Shown here piece by piece: positions 18,601 to 27,039 of a DNA stretch of 42,114 nucleotides. The notes beneath the pieces were generated by a model that saw only the letters and a program-made list of their open reading frames with translations, was not told the origin of the DNA and ran no database searches. The first letter of the stretch is position 1; every line of letters begins with the position of its first letter. The position numbers and the translations under genes are program-made. The DNA comes from Rhodocyclales bacterium (GTDB lineage: Bacteria > Pseudomonadota > Gammaproteobacteria > Burkholderiales > Rhodocyclaceae): positions 1 through 42,114 of the forward strand of contig JBNMHE010000001.1 in assembly GCA_050872585.1 (NCBI GenBank), in the 5' to 3' direction.

Positions 18601-19065
18601 GCACAATGTGGCGGCTTCTTTTGCCAAATGGTATTTTTTTTGATTTAAAAATTGTCCAATTTCGCCAAAAACGCCGCCCGAGAGCATAATCAAATGGGCG
18701 CAATTTTGCGCATTCAACCACGCCCAATCAATGGCAGGTTTTTCTTTGTTTTGGGCATAAGCGCGCGTTAATAACCATGATAAATCTTGATAACCTTGAT
18801 GATTTTTCACCAACAAAATTGCACGAAAAAACGCCTTTTCTTTTTTGAAAACCACATCCGAACCCAAAATCGGTTTAATGCCGTTTTTTTGCGCCGTTTC
18901 ATAAAACTTCAACAAGCCAAAAACATTGTTTAAATCCGTTAATGCCAAAGCAGGCATGTGATTGTTTTTTGCACATGTTGCGGCATCTTTCAAACGCACA
19001 ATGCCATCAACAATAGAAAACTCAGAGTGCATGCGCAAATGCACAAAAGCGGGTGAATTCATCAA
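15619..19065 (-). CDS. dnaE: DNA polymerase III alpha subunit
   Basis: 1148-aa ORF with a PHP N-terminus ([15 protein letters not shown]), the polymerase core ([29 protein letters not shown]) and a C-terminal OB region. Confidence 0.97.
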   Translation of the reverse strand: [1148 protein letters not shown]

Positions 19066-19084
19066 AGCATTTTTTCAAAAAAAA

Positions 19085-19101
19085 TCCACGTTGACCGTGG
19101 A
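19085..19101 (-). terminator. compact palindromic form of the repeat (TCCACG-TTGAC-CGTGGA); putative terminator of the tRNA operon
   Basis: The minus strand reads TCCACGGTCAACGTGGA followed by T8, starting 19 nt after the tRNA-Leu 3' end. It includes an exact GTTGACCGTGGA at 19090-19101. Confidence 0.5.
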
Positions 19102-19119
19102 AAAATGTGCATTTCAAAA

Positions 19120-19209
19120 TGGTACCAGGGACCGGAATCGAACCGGCAAGGAGTTTTAAGCTCCGGCGGATTTTAAGTCCGCTGTGTCTACCTATTCCAC
19201 CACCCTGGC
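19120..19209 (-). tRNA. tRNA-Leu (anticodon TAA), long variable arm
   Basis: The reverse complement GCCAGGGTGGTGGAATAGGTAGACAC... has anticodon loop CTTAAAA, a 17-nt variable arm, T-loop TTCGATT and an encoded CCA. Pair G1-U72 is a wobble, so the ends are accurate to about 1 nt. Confidence 0.85.
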
Positions 19210-19214
19210 ATTTT

Positions 19215-19290
19215 TGGAGCGGGAAACGAGTCTCGAACTCGCGACCTCAACCTTGGCAAGGTTGCGCTCTACCAACTGAGCTATTCCCGC
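19215..19290 (-). tRNA. tRNA-Gly (anticodon GCC)
   Basis: The reverse complement is GCGGGAATAGCTCAGTTGGTAGAGCGCAACCTTGCCAAGGTTGAGGTCGCGAGTTCGAGACTCGTTTCCCGCTCCA, the canonical Gly-GCC sequence. Confidence 0.93.
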
Positions 19291-19303
19291 AAAAATGTGG
19301 CAC

Positions 19304-19330
19304 TTTATAACCAATCTTTTTTTTCGTCAA
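19304..19330 (-). promoter_or_regulatory. candidate sigma70-type promoter for the tRNA-Gly/tRNA-Leu operon
   Basis: The minus strand has TTGACG, a 15-nt spacer and TATAAA, with the -10 box ending about 13 nt upstream of the tRNA-Gly 5' end. Confidence 0.4.
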
Positions 19331-19365
19331 GTTGAAGCAGATTAAGACTTTTCAACGCGCATTTT

Positions 19366-19377
19366 TCCACGGTCAAC
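19366..19377 (-). repeat. 12-mer repeat copy (plus strand reads TCCACGGTCAAC)
   Basis: Exact match downstream of the rnfH-family gene stop and upstream of the tRNA promoter. Confidence 0.95.
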
Positions 19378-19400
19378 GCTTATTTTTTTTGAAAAATTTT

Positions 19401-19742
19401 TTATTCTTCTGTTGGAACATTGGATGTGCCTTTTTTCATAATTTTGCCGGATTCGGCGCGTTTTTTGCGCACTTCTTTGGGATCGGCAATCAAAGGGCGA
19501 TAAATTTCAATGCGGTCATTTTCACGCAAAAGGCAATCCATTTTAACCAATTTGCCAAAAATGCCGACTTTGTTGATTTTCACATCCAAATGCCACTTTT
19601 CAAACACTTGGCTTTTTTCAAGTGCATCCGAAACGCAAGAACCCAAAGGTATTTTCAAAAAAAGGCGTTGCTGCTTGTTTTCCAAGGCATAACAAATTTC
19701 AATGTCTATTTCTTGCATTTTTTCATTGTTTTGTTCATCCAT
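19401..19742 (-). CDS. RnfH-family (UPF0125, YfjF/RatB-like) ubiquitin-fold protein
   Basis: IEICYALENKQ...VGIFGKLVKMDCLLRENDRIEIYRPLIADPKEVRKKRAE matches the E. coli YfjF pattern. The start is ATG 19742 (overlapping the ratA stop) or ATG 19718; the track start at 19787 is too early. Confidence 0.8.
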   Translation of the reverse strand: MDEQNNEKMQEIDIEICYALENKQQRLFLKIPLGSCVSDALEKSQVFEKWHLDVKINKVGIFGKLVKMDCLLRENDRIEIYRPLIADPKEVRKKRAESGKIMKKGTSNVPTEE

Positions 19743-20160
19743 GTTTGGCTCTTTGAATAAAAGCATCCACAAAAGAATTGCACACATAAGAAAAAACCGG
19801 TCCTAGCGCTTTTTCTAACAACAAATTGGAAAATTCATAATGCAAATCAAACTCAATTTTGCACGCATTTTCCGCTAATGCTTTGAATTGCCAAGCGCCT
19901 TCTAATTTTTTAAACGGTCCTTCTAAAAAATGAATGTGCATTTTTTGTGGAAAAATTTTGTAATTTTGGGTTGCAAAATGCGTTTTCACCGCTCGAAAAT
20001 CAATATAAAGCCGCGCAGCGGTGATTTCTTTGGTGCGTTGAATCAAATCGGCTTTGGCGCACCAAGGCAAAAACAAAGGATAATTTTCACAAGAATCCAC
20101 CAAATGAAACATTTTTTCCGCACTTTGTGCCACCAAAACGGATTTTTTGATTTGTGCCAT
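19735..20160 (-). CDS. ratA: SRPBCC-family RatA/Coq10-like protein
   Basis: About 141 aa from ATG 20160 (MAQIKKSVLV...YPLFLPWC). Its position between smpB (divergent) and the rnfH-family gene matches the conserved E. coli smpB/ratA/yfjF arrangement. Confidence 0.8.
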   Translation of the reverse strand: MAQIKKSVLVAQSAEKMFHLVDSCENYPLFLPWCAKADLIQRTKEITAARLYIDFRAVKTHFATQNYKIFPQKMHIHFLEGPFKKLEGAWQFKALAENACKIEFDLHYEFSNLLLEKALGPVFSYVCNSFVDAFIQRAKHG

Positions 20161-20213
20161 CGTGCTGTTGCCTTGTGTAAAATAACGCAATTATTGTATA
20201 GAATGAAACGCTT

Positions 20214-20666
20214 ATGCGCATCACCGTTAATAAAAAAGCCGCACACGATTATTTTATAGAAGATACTTTTGAAGCCGGTTTGGTTTTGGAAGGTTGGGAA
20301 GTCAAAGCCATTCGGCAAAATCGGTGCCACTTAAAAGAAGCGTATGTCATTGTTAAAAACGCCGAATTGTTTTTAATTGGCATGCATGTCAGCGCGTTGC
20401 AAAGTGCTTCCACACACAAAAAAAACGACCCCATTCGCACGCGCAAGTTGTTGATGCATCGGCGCGAAATCAATCGTTTAATTGGCAAAGTGGAGCGCGC
20501 AGGTTATGCGTTGGTGCCGCAAGATTTGCATTTTTCCAAAGGCAGAATCAAACTCAATGTGGCGCTTGCCAAAGGCAAAAAATTGTATGACAAACGCCAA
20601 GATGCCGCGCAAAAAGATTGGAATCGCGAAAAACAACGCTTGCTCAAACAACAAGTGCGTTTTTAA
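20214..20666 (+). CDS. smpB: SsrA-binding protein
   Basis: 150-aa ORF with [29 protein letters not shown] and a basic C-terminal tail, as expected for SmpB. Confidence 0.95.
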   Translation: MRITVNKKAAHDYFIEDTFEAGLVLEGWEVKAIRQNRCHLKEAYVIVKNAELFLIGMHVSALQSASTHKKNDPIRTRKLLMHRREINRLIGKVERAGYALVPQDLHFSKGRIKLNVALAKGKKLYDKRQDAAQKDWNREKQRLLKQQVRF

Positions 20667-20714
20667 CTTTTTTCAATTTTTAATTTTTAATTTTAATTTT
20701 CAAAAAAAATAAAG

Positions 20715-20726
20715 GTTGACCGTGGA
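20715..20726 (+). repeat. 12-mer repeat copy (GTTGACCGTGGA) overlapping the dnaB start
   Basis: Exact match preceded by AAAAAAAATAAAG. Confidence 0.95.
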
Positions 20727-22107
20727 AAATCCTTCAAAAAAATTGCCGCCGCATTCTACCGAAGCCGAACAAGCGCTTTTGGGCGCTGTGTTGGTCAATA
20801 ACGATCTTTTTGATTCCATTCAAAGCATTGTCAATGAAACGGATTTTTACCATCAAGATCACCGCGCCATTTTTGTAGAAATTGCTTACCTTTTAAACAA
20901 TGCCAGCATTGCCGATTGCATTTTGGTCAATAACCTTTTGCTTGAAAAAAAATACACCTTGCAAAACGAACCTTTGGCGTATTTGGAATCGTTGGTGGAT
21001 ATTGCCCAAACTTCTTCATCCAGTGTGATGGCACATGCCAAGTTAATCCGAGAACATGCCATTTTGCGCGCGCTTTCCAAAACGGGCAGCGAAATTGCTT
21101 TTGATGCGTTTAATCCTGAAGGACGCTCATCCGATGTTTTGTTGGATGAAGCCGAGCGCAAAATTTTAAGCATTGCCGATATTTCCGCCACGCACCGCGA
21201 AGGTTTTCAACCGATTCGCCCATTGATGAAAGAAGTATTTGCCAATTTGCAAGCCTTTGCCAACCGAGAAGACAAAACCGCTTTGTTGGGACTTTCTTCT
21301 GGTTTTGCAGATTTGGACAATATGACACAAGGTTTTCAAAAAGGCGATTTAATCATTGTGGCCGGCAGACCTTCCATGGGCAAAACCGCCTTTGTGTTGA
21401 ATGTTGCCGAGCATGTGGCATTGGTTGAAAAAAAAGTGGTTGCCATTTTTTCCTTAGAAATGAGCGCCACACAACTTGTTTTTCGGCTTTTGTCTACCAA
21501 TGCAGATATTCCTGCCAGCCGCTTGCGCACCGCCAATATAGATGAAGAGTCCACCGATTGGCTGAGTTTAAGTCAATCGTGTTCCAATTTTTATGAAGAC
21601 AAAATCAACCGCATTTTCATTGATGATACTGGCGGATTAACGCCTTCGGCTATGCGCAGCCGCGCGCGGCGCTTAAAAAGAGAAGTCAAAAACTTGGGGC
21701 TCATCATCATTGATTACATTCAACTGATGCAAGGCAACAAGCAAAACGATAGCCGCGCCAGCGAGGTTTCAGATATTTCGCGCTCCATCAAAGCCTTGGC
21801 GCGCGAATTAAACGTGCCGGTTATTGCTTTGTCGCAGCTTTCGCGCAAAGTGGAAGAGCGCTCCGACAAACGCCCGGTGATGAGCGATTTGCGCGAATCA
21901 GGCGCCATTGAACAAGATGCCGATTTGATTTTGATGCTCTACCGCGGCGAATACTACAATCCAGGTGATACCAATTTAAAAGGCTTGGCAGAATTAATTA
22001 TCGGCAAACAAAGAAACGGCCCAACCGGTTCAATTAAACTCACTTTTATAGGCGAAACCATGCGTTTTGCCAGCTTCACTTCGGCAGAAGTTCCGCCCAA
22101 TTATTAG
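20722..22107 (+). CDS. dnaB: replicative DNA helicase
   Basis: PPHSTEAEQALLGAVL at the N-terminus, Walker A GRPSMGKTAF, then IIDYIQLM and SQLSR motifs. The start is GTG 20722 or TTG 20716, both inside the repeat, and there is no ATG upstream of the conserved N-terminal motif. Confidence 0.93.
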   Translation: MENPSKKLPPHSTEAEQALLGAVLVNNDLFDSIQSIVNETDFYHQDHRAIFVEIAYLLNNASIADCILVNNLLLEKKYTLQNEPLAYLESLVDIAQTSSSSVMAHAKLIREHAILRALSKTGSEIAFDAFNPEGRSSDVLLDEAERKILSIADISATHREGFQPIRPLMKEVFANLQAFANREDKTALLGLSSGFADLDNMTQGFQKGDLIIVAGRPSMGKTAFVLNVAEHVALVEKKVVAIFSLEMSATQLVFRLLSTNADIPASRLRTANIDEESTDWLSLSQSCSNFYEDKINRIFIDDTGGLTPSAMRSRARRLKREVKNLGLIIIDYIQLMQGNKQNDSRASEVSDISRSIKALARELNVPVIALSQLSRKVEERSDKRPVMSDLRESGAIEQDADLILMLYRGEYYNPGDTNLKGLAELIIGKQRNGPTGSIKLTFIGETMRFASFTSAEVPPNY

Positions 22108-22127
22108 TTTTGCATTGCGTTTTTTTC

Positions 22128-22188
22128 AAAAAATTTGACCGTTGACCGTGGATTTTTAAAAAATCCACGGTCAACGGTCAAATTTTTT
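22128..22188. terminator. 61-nt near-perfect palindrome built from two repeat copies; bidirectional terminator between convergent dnaB and the large glycosyltransferase
   Basis: Positions 22128-22152 pair perfectly (25 bp) with 22164-22188. The centre is T5/A6, and the outer arms are A6/T6 runs. Confidence 0.7.
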
Positions 22189-22212
22189 AATTTTTAAATT
22201 TTATTTCAAAAC

Positions 22213-25200
22213 TTAAAAATCACACCAAGCCGAGCGCCATTCTTCCAAATGGTTTTGCAAAATCCAATCTTTTTTCACCCATTCGCGCAAGGTGTTGCCC
22301 GCCAAAGCAGCAGAATCCAAATCGTTGATGTGTTCGCGGATGGCATTCATCCACGCTTTGGGCGTATTTTCCACCAAGGTCACTGGAAATTGGCTGCGGG
22401 CATACGGTCCAAAATTGCTGGCCACAACGGGATAACCCAAAATGCCGTATTCCAACAACTTCAAATGGCTTTTGCATTCGTTAAAAGCATTGTGCGCCAA
22501 AGGGGCAATGGCCAAATCCAAATTCAAAGATGCCAAATAAGCCGGATATTCTGGCGTAGGCACGCCGCTATGCCATTCCACAATATCGCGGATTTCCTCA
22601 GGGCACATTCCAAAAAAGACCCATTCCACTTCATTGGCCAAACGTTTGACCACTTCAAAAATTTCTTGCAAATCACCGCGATGCGAAATGCCGCCTGTCC
22701 AACCTACGCGCGGCTTTTTGCCTTGTTTGCGTTTGGGCGTTAAATTGCCCCATTTGGTGTTGTCCAAATAATTGGGAATGATGCGAATATCATCAATGTA
22801 TCGCGAGTAAACTTCTTTTAAAGGTTCGGTTGTCACCACAAAACGATCACAAAATGACAATGCTTTTTCCAAACGTTGGGCCAAATCTTTGGCAATATGC
22901 ACATAATGGTCAGAAGAAACATTGACTTGGGTAATAAAATCGTCCAACTCATAAACCAAACGCATTTTGGAATAACGCCGATAATTCTGCAAAAAGCGCA
23001 ACTGGTCATCGGAAATTTGGCGTTGCAAATACAAAGTATCGGCTTGAAAAACTTCCAAATCAAAGGGGTTAAAATGTTGCGCACTCAAAAAACCATCAAT
23101 CAATCCGGCTTTTTGCACGGCGTAAAAAGGTTCAATAACACGATAATGGCCGCAACCCATATTGTCTGCATTGAATGCCATCACGCGCGGCAAAGGTTTA
23201 AAAGACAAGCGCATTTTGGAAACTTCGGGCACATTGCTTAATTGAAACGGATTCAAACGGCTTAAATTGATATTGTAAAAAGGATCTTGTGCCATTTGCG
23301 GCAACCAATTTTCCAGCAAACGCACTTCATCCGAATCGGTAATCAAATCGGCAGGTTTGTCGTTTAAAACAATTAAAGAAATCCACGGCAACCACACCAA
23401 ATTTTGTTGGGTTTGTTGTATGCGCATGGAAAAATCAACACAAGCGGCATGGTCTAATTTTTCCCAAGAAGTATCCAAACCGCCGGTTAAAGTCCACGTT
23501 TCTCTTCTTAACAAAAAGGCATCAAAGGTTAAAGCAGAAGGATTTTGCGTTATCAACTGCCTTGCAAAATGCCCTTTTTCATCAAAATGCGTGCCTTGAC
23601 CAAAGTGCGTTGCCGTGCCAACCGAGCCCAAAATCAAGGCATTGCCAAGCAAATTGCCTTGTTTGTTCAAAACGCGCGGAGCAACGGCACCCACATTCGG
23701 CATATTCAAATAAAGCGCCAACTTGGAAAATCCGCTTTTGTCCGCCCAAAGCGCATCGCAACGCGAGATAAAAATCAAAGGCGATGAACTTTGTTCCACC
23801 AACAAATTCACCATTAAGGTTTCCGTTTGGTCTTCTTGAATCAAATAAAAAGCCAAATTGGATGGCGGATTTTGGTCTACAGAATCCAAATAATCCAACA
23901 CTTGCGAAGACAGTTTGGGAGAAACCAAAACGGCAAATTGCGTGTTTTCAAATTGCGCAACCGTTTTTTCTACAAAATGCCGCATGAAAGCAAGATCATC
24001 CAAAGCCAAGCTAATCCACAAAACTTCTTCATGGACCACACTTTCGGGCAAAACTTCAAATGTGCCAGGCACAATGCCTTCTTGAATATGAAAAGAAGGC
24101 ATTTTTTGACAAAGCCATGGTTTAACATTGCCCGAGCGTTTTAAAATGCGTTCTTCAAAACGATGGTAAAGCACATCAGCAACATGACCAATGGCTTTTT
24201 TGCCGTGTTGTTGCCACAACAAAAACAAAGCAGCGTAAATTGGATTAGGTGCGGACAAATCCAAACCGCCCAAATTTTGAAGCGATGGAAGATGAAAAAA
24301 AACGCCATCACCCACATAATCATGAGCTAAAAAATAATCGGGGGAAAAATCCGGTTTGAAATAAGGATTGACCACATTGCCATCTTCATTAATGGCATCT
24401 TCATCCACATAAAAAGCTTTCCATTCCGGTTTTTGAAGCAAACGCTCTGCCAAAAAAGGCAAGGCATAAGGCAACAAATTGTCGCCCGATTCCAAAACAA
24501 TGGCGTAATCGACCGTGCTTTTTAAGATTTCTTGGTTTAAATCAGCCCAACAATTTTGGCTGTCTTTGACTTTTAACCAAGAAAGACGTTTCACCGATTG
24601 CAATTCTTCTGGCGGGTCAAAATCGGCCAAAATGCGCACGGAAAAATCATCGTAATAAAGGCGCGCCAAAGCATTTAAAGAAAGAGACAAGGTGTTGATT
24701 TTTTCAAGTTGCGCAACCAAAAACAATTCAAAATGCGGGACACGTTGTTGTTCTTGGAAAAATTTATCCAGCGCCACGGCTTCATGTTGGGCAATATTGT
24801 GCGCGGCCAGCAAAGAATAATAAGCGCTTAACACTTCGCTTTGCGGCGTCACCGGAAAATGCACTTCGCTTTCGCGGATGATTTTTTTGGCAAGCGATTC
24901 AGGCAAAAAATAACCATCATAAACTTCATTGGCCAGGGCAAAAATTTCTTTTAAATCTTTCAAGCCATAATCTTTTTGCAAAACGCCAAACCATTCTACA
25001 AAATCTTGGCGTGTTAAAACGCCCCAACGCGCTTGCATACAAAGCATCAAAGCCGTTGCAAATGCAACCGATGCGGCTTTTTTTTCTATGCCTTCTATTG
25101 AAAAATCCACGGTCAACGCCCATTTTTTTCCAAGATCAGAAAGCAACCAGTTGCATGCGGCTGGCAAACTCATATCCGCGCCTTTGATTAAAAAACTGGC

Positions 25201-25989
25201 CATGGACATCAAGCGATTCACTTGCCAATAAGCAGTTTTATTGGTTTGGTTGGTGGTATTACCCAAACAATACAAAATGGGTTCCATCAGATATTCCGCT
25301 GCAATTTGCCCATTTTTTTGATGAAAAAAAGTAATTTGTTCATTATGGCGCCGCCAATAAGTAAAATTGCCGGCATTCAAAAAAGCAGGACCATTTTGTT
25401 CTTCCAAAGCTTTCATCAAACAAACTTCACCAATTTGGCGAATGGGCGAATTTTCCAACATTCTTAAAAAAGGCAACACCGTTTGCGTTTTGAAAACCAG
25501 AGCAGTCATGGCAATAAAATTGCCGTAAACAAAATAAGGCGACAAATAAACTTTATTTTGAAAATCAAGCGGAAAAGGAATGTAACCTCTGCCTTGATGG
25601 ATATTGCCTTTTTCATCCACAGAGTGTGCCTGCCAACCAAATGCATAATAAGAAGCATCGGGTGCGTTTGCAATGGCTTGTTGCGCGGCTTCTAAAAAAT
25701 GCGATTCATACCAATCATCAGCACAAAGCAAAACGCAATAATCTTCTTTGGCAAGAGAAAAACCTTTCACAATGTTGGGCAATGAACCAATATTTTCTTC
25801 ATTTTGGATAAAATGCACACGCGAGTCAGCCAAATAAGGCTCCACAATCTCCAAGGTGTTATCGGTTGAACAATTGTCCAAAATATACAACTGCCAATCG
25901 GTATGCGTTTGATTCAAAACCGACAAAATGGCTTCTTCAATAAATTTTCCGTGATTGTATGAAGGCATGACCACAGCAATGGTTGGCAT
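22213..25989 (-). CDS. multidomain glycosyltransferase: an N-terminal GT2, two further GT2-like modules and a C-terminal GT-B-like domain
   Basis: 1258-aa ORF. The N-terminus VVMPSYNHGKFIEEAILSVLNQTHTDWQLYILDNCSTDNT...CADDW is a GT2 signature. Internal stretches (VGAVAPRVLNKQGNL..., FLLRRETWTLTGGLD) are GT2-like, and the C-terminal third has a GT1/GT4-like pattern. Confidence 0.75.
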   Translation of the reverse strand: MPTIAVVMPSYNHGKFIEEAILSVLNQTHTDWQLYILDNCSTDNTLEIVEPYLADSRVHFIQNEENIGSLPNIVKGFSLAKEDYCVLLCADDWYESHFLEAAQQAIANAPDASYYAFGWQAHSVDEKGNIHQGRGYIPFPLDFQNKVYLSPYFVYGNFIAMTALVFKTQTVLPFLRMLENSPIRQIGEVCLMKALEEQNGPAFLNAGNFTYWRRHNEQITFFHQKNGQIAAEYLMEPILYCLGNTTNQTNKTAYWQVNRLMSMASFLIKGADMSLPAACNWLLSDLGKKWALTVDFSIEGIEKKAASVAFATALMLCMQARWGVLTRQDFVEWFGVLQKDYGLKDLKEIFALANEVYDGYFLPESLAKKIIRESEVHFPVTPQSEVLSAYYSLLAAHNIAQHEAVALDKFFQEQQRVPHFELFLVAQLEKINTLSLSLNALARLYYDDFSVRILADFDPPEELQSVKRLSWLKVKDSQNCWADLNQEILKSTVDYAIVLESGDNLLPYALPFLAERLLQKPEWKAFYVDEDAINEDGNVVNPYFKPDFSPDYFLAHDYVGDGVFFHLPSLQNLGGLDLSAPNPIYAALFLLWQQHGKKAIGHVADVLYHRFEERILKRSGNVKPWLCQKMPSFHIQEGIVPGTFEVLPESVVHEEVLWISLALDDLAFMRHFVEKTVAQFENTQFAVLVSPKLSSQVLDYLDSVDQNPPSNLAFYLIQEDQTETLMVNLLVEQSSSPLIFISRCDALWADKSGFSKLALYLNMPNVGAVAPRVLNKQGNLLGNALILGSVGTATHFGQGTHFDEKGHFARQLITQNPSALTFDAFLLRRETWTLTGGLDTSWEKLDHAACVDFSMRIQQTQQNLVWLPWISLIVLNDKPADLITDSDEVRLLENWLPQMAQDPFYNINLSRLNPFQLSNVPEVSKMRLSFKPLPRVMAFNADNMGCGHYRVIEPFYAVQKAGLIDGFLSAQHFNPFDLEVFQADTLYLQRQISDDQLRFLQNYRRYSKMRLVYELDDFITQVNVSSDHYVHIAKDLAQRLEKALSFCDRFVVTTEPLKEVYSRYIDDIRIIPNYLDNTKWGNLTPKRKQGKKPRVGWTGGISHRGDLQEIFEVVKRLANEVEWVFFGMCPEEIRDIVEWHSGVPTPEYPAYLASLNLDLAIAPLAHNAFNECKSHLKLLEYGILGYPVVASNFGPYARSQFPVTLVENTPKAWMNAIREHINDLDSAALAGNTLREWVKKDWILQNHLEEWRSAWCDF
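25106..25117 (-). repeat. 12-mer repeat copy inside the large glycosyltransferase CDS
   Basis: Exact match. The sense strand reads GCG TTG ACC GTG GAT, encoding ALTVD. Confidence 0.95.
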
Positions 25990-25992
25990 GGT

Positions 25993-27039
25993 TTATTCCT
26001 TTTGAAAATAAGGATTATTCACCAAAGGATTTGGCAAAACTTCTCCTTTAAATGTTTGCAAATTCACCCAATACGGCGTATTCCATTCTTTTTGTTTGCG
26101 CCGCAAATGCAAATTATAAACATCAATAGGTTGTTGCAACATCATCCAATCCAATTTGTTTTCTAAACAAATTTTGCAAAGCGGATTTTGGCGGCGCAAA
26201 TGTTGTAAATCGGTTAATTCTATTTTTAAATAATCAGCCAAATACGCAAATTCTGGAGAATAAACACCACAACAAAGTGGAACCGTGCCATCGTAATTTA
26301 AAACAACTTGTTTTTCTAATAAATCACAACTTGTGCTTTTGGGATTATTTTGATTGATTTCAAAAACTTCTTTTGTGCTAAAACAAAGCCGATTTAAAAC
26401 GGCCTTGTCGTTTTGATTCAAATAATTTTCATCACAAGAATAAATCATATTTTCCAAAGGCATAAAATAAGCCAAACCGGTAAAAAATCCAAAATTCAAT
26501 TTTTGAGTAAAATCATACATATTTTTGATATTGTCATCGCAATTATCTTTGTAAATTAAATAAAAAATATGCACATTTAAATTTTGGTTATTTTCATCCA
26601 TTATTTTTCTTAAATGAATTAAATTCTTTTTAACCAATTCTATATCGCCGCCTTTGTGCCCTTTTTGATACATTTCTTGCGCAAAACCAGAAACTGTGAT
26701 GCGCAACATATCGGGCGGATAATGAAGCAACAAAGACAAATCCATTTGGGTGTTGAAATTGGAAGAAAGGCCAAAATGGATATTTTCATTGTATAAATAC
26801 GCCAAAATTTCATCAATTTGCGGATGAATCAATGGCTCGCCCCAGTTGTAAAGCGCCACTGTCAAAGGCAAATTGTTTTTGGCGCAGTCGTTGCGTGCTT
26901 TATCAACCAAACGTTGAAACAAGGCAGGCGGCATAAAACCTTTGGGGCGCACCATGCTTAATTTTTCTTTAAAATTGCCAACAGGACAAGAAGGACAACG
27001 CAAATTGCAAGTGCCGGTGATATCAATCAAATACAACAT
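25993..27039 (-). CDS. radical SAM protein (possible SPASM-like C-terminal Cys cluster)
   Basis: 348-aa ORF with the N-terminal CX3CX2C motif (GTCNLRCPSCP), a later WGEPL motif and C-terminal cysteines (PLCCGVY, CKIC). Confidence 0.75.
   Translation of the reverse strand: MLYLIDITGTCNLRCPSCPVGNFKEKLSMVRPKGFMPPALFQRLVDKARNDCAKNNLPLTVALYNWGEPLIHPQIDEILAYLYNENIHFGLSSNFNTQMDLSLLLHYPPDMLRITVSGFAQEMYQKGHKGGDIELVKKNLIHLRKIMDENNQNLNVHIFYLIYKDNCDDNIKNMYDFTQKLNFGFFTGLAYFMPLENMIYSCDENYLNQNDKAVLNRLCFSTKEVFEINQNNPKSTSCDLLEKQVVLNYDGTVPLCCGVYSPEFAYLADYLKIELTDLQHLRRQNPLCKICLENKLDWMMLQQPIDVYNLHLRRKQKEWNTPYWVNLQTFKGEVLPNPLVNNPYFQKE

Noticed and set aside
15865-18689. Numerous 60-190 aa ORFs antisense to dnaE, and similar ORFs antisense to lysS, ispB, glmS, cheA, the thiolase gene and the large glycosyltransferase.
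   Set aside because: They are typical shadow ORFs on the opposite strand of long, well-supported genes. Their composition is low-complexity or skewed, and they have no motifs or independent start signals.
19401-20160. ratA plus the rnfH-family gene as a mobile toxin-antitoxin module.
   Set aside because: The divergent smpB / ratA / rnfH-family arrangement is the conserved chromosomal synteny seen in E. coli and many proteobacteria. There is no sign of recent acquisition.
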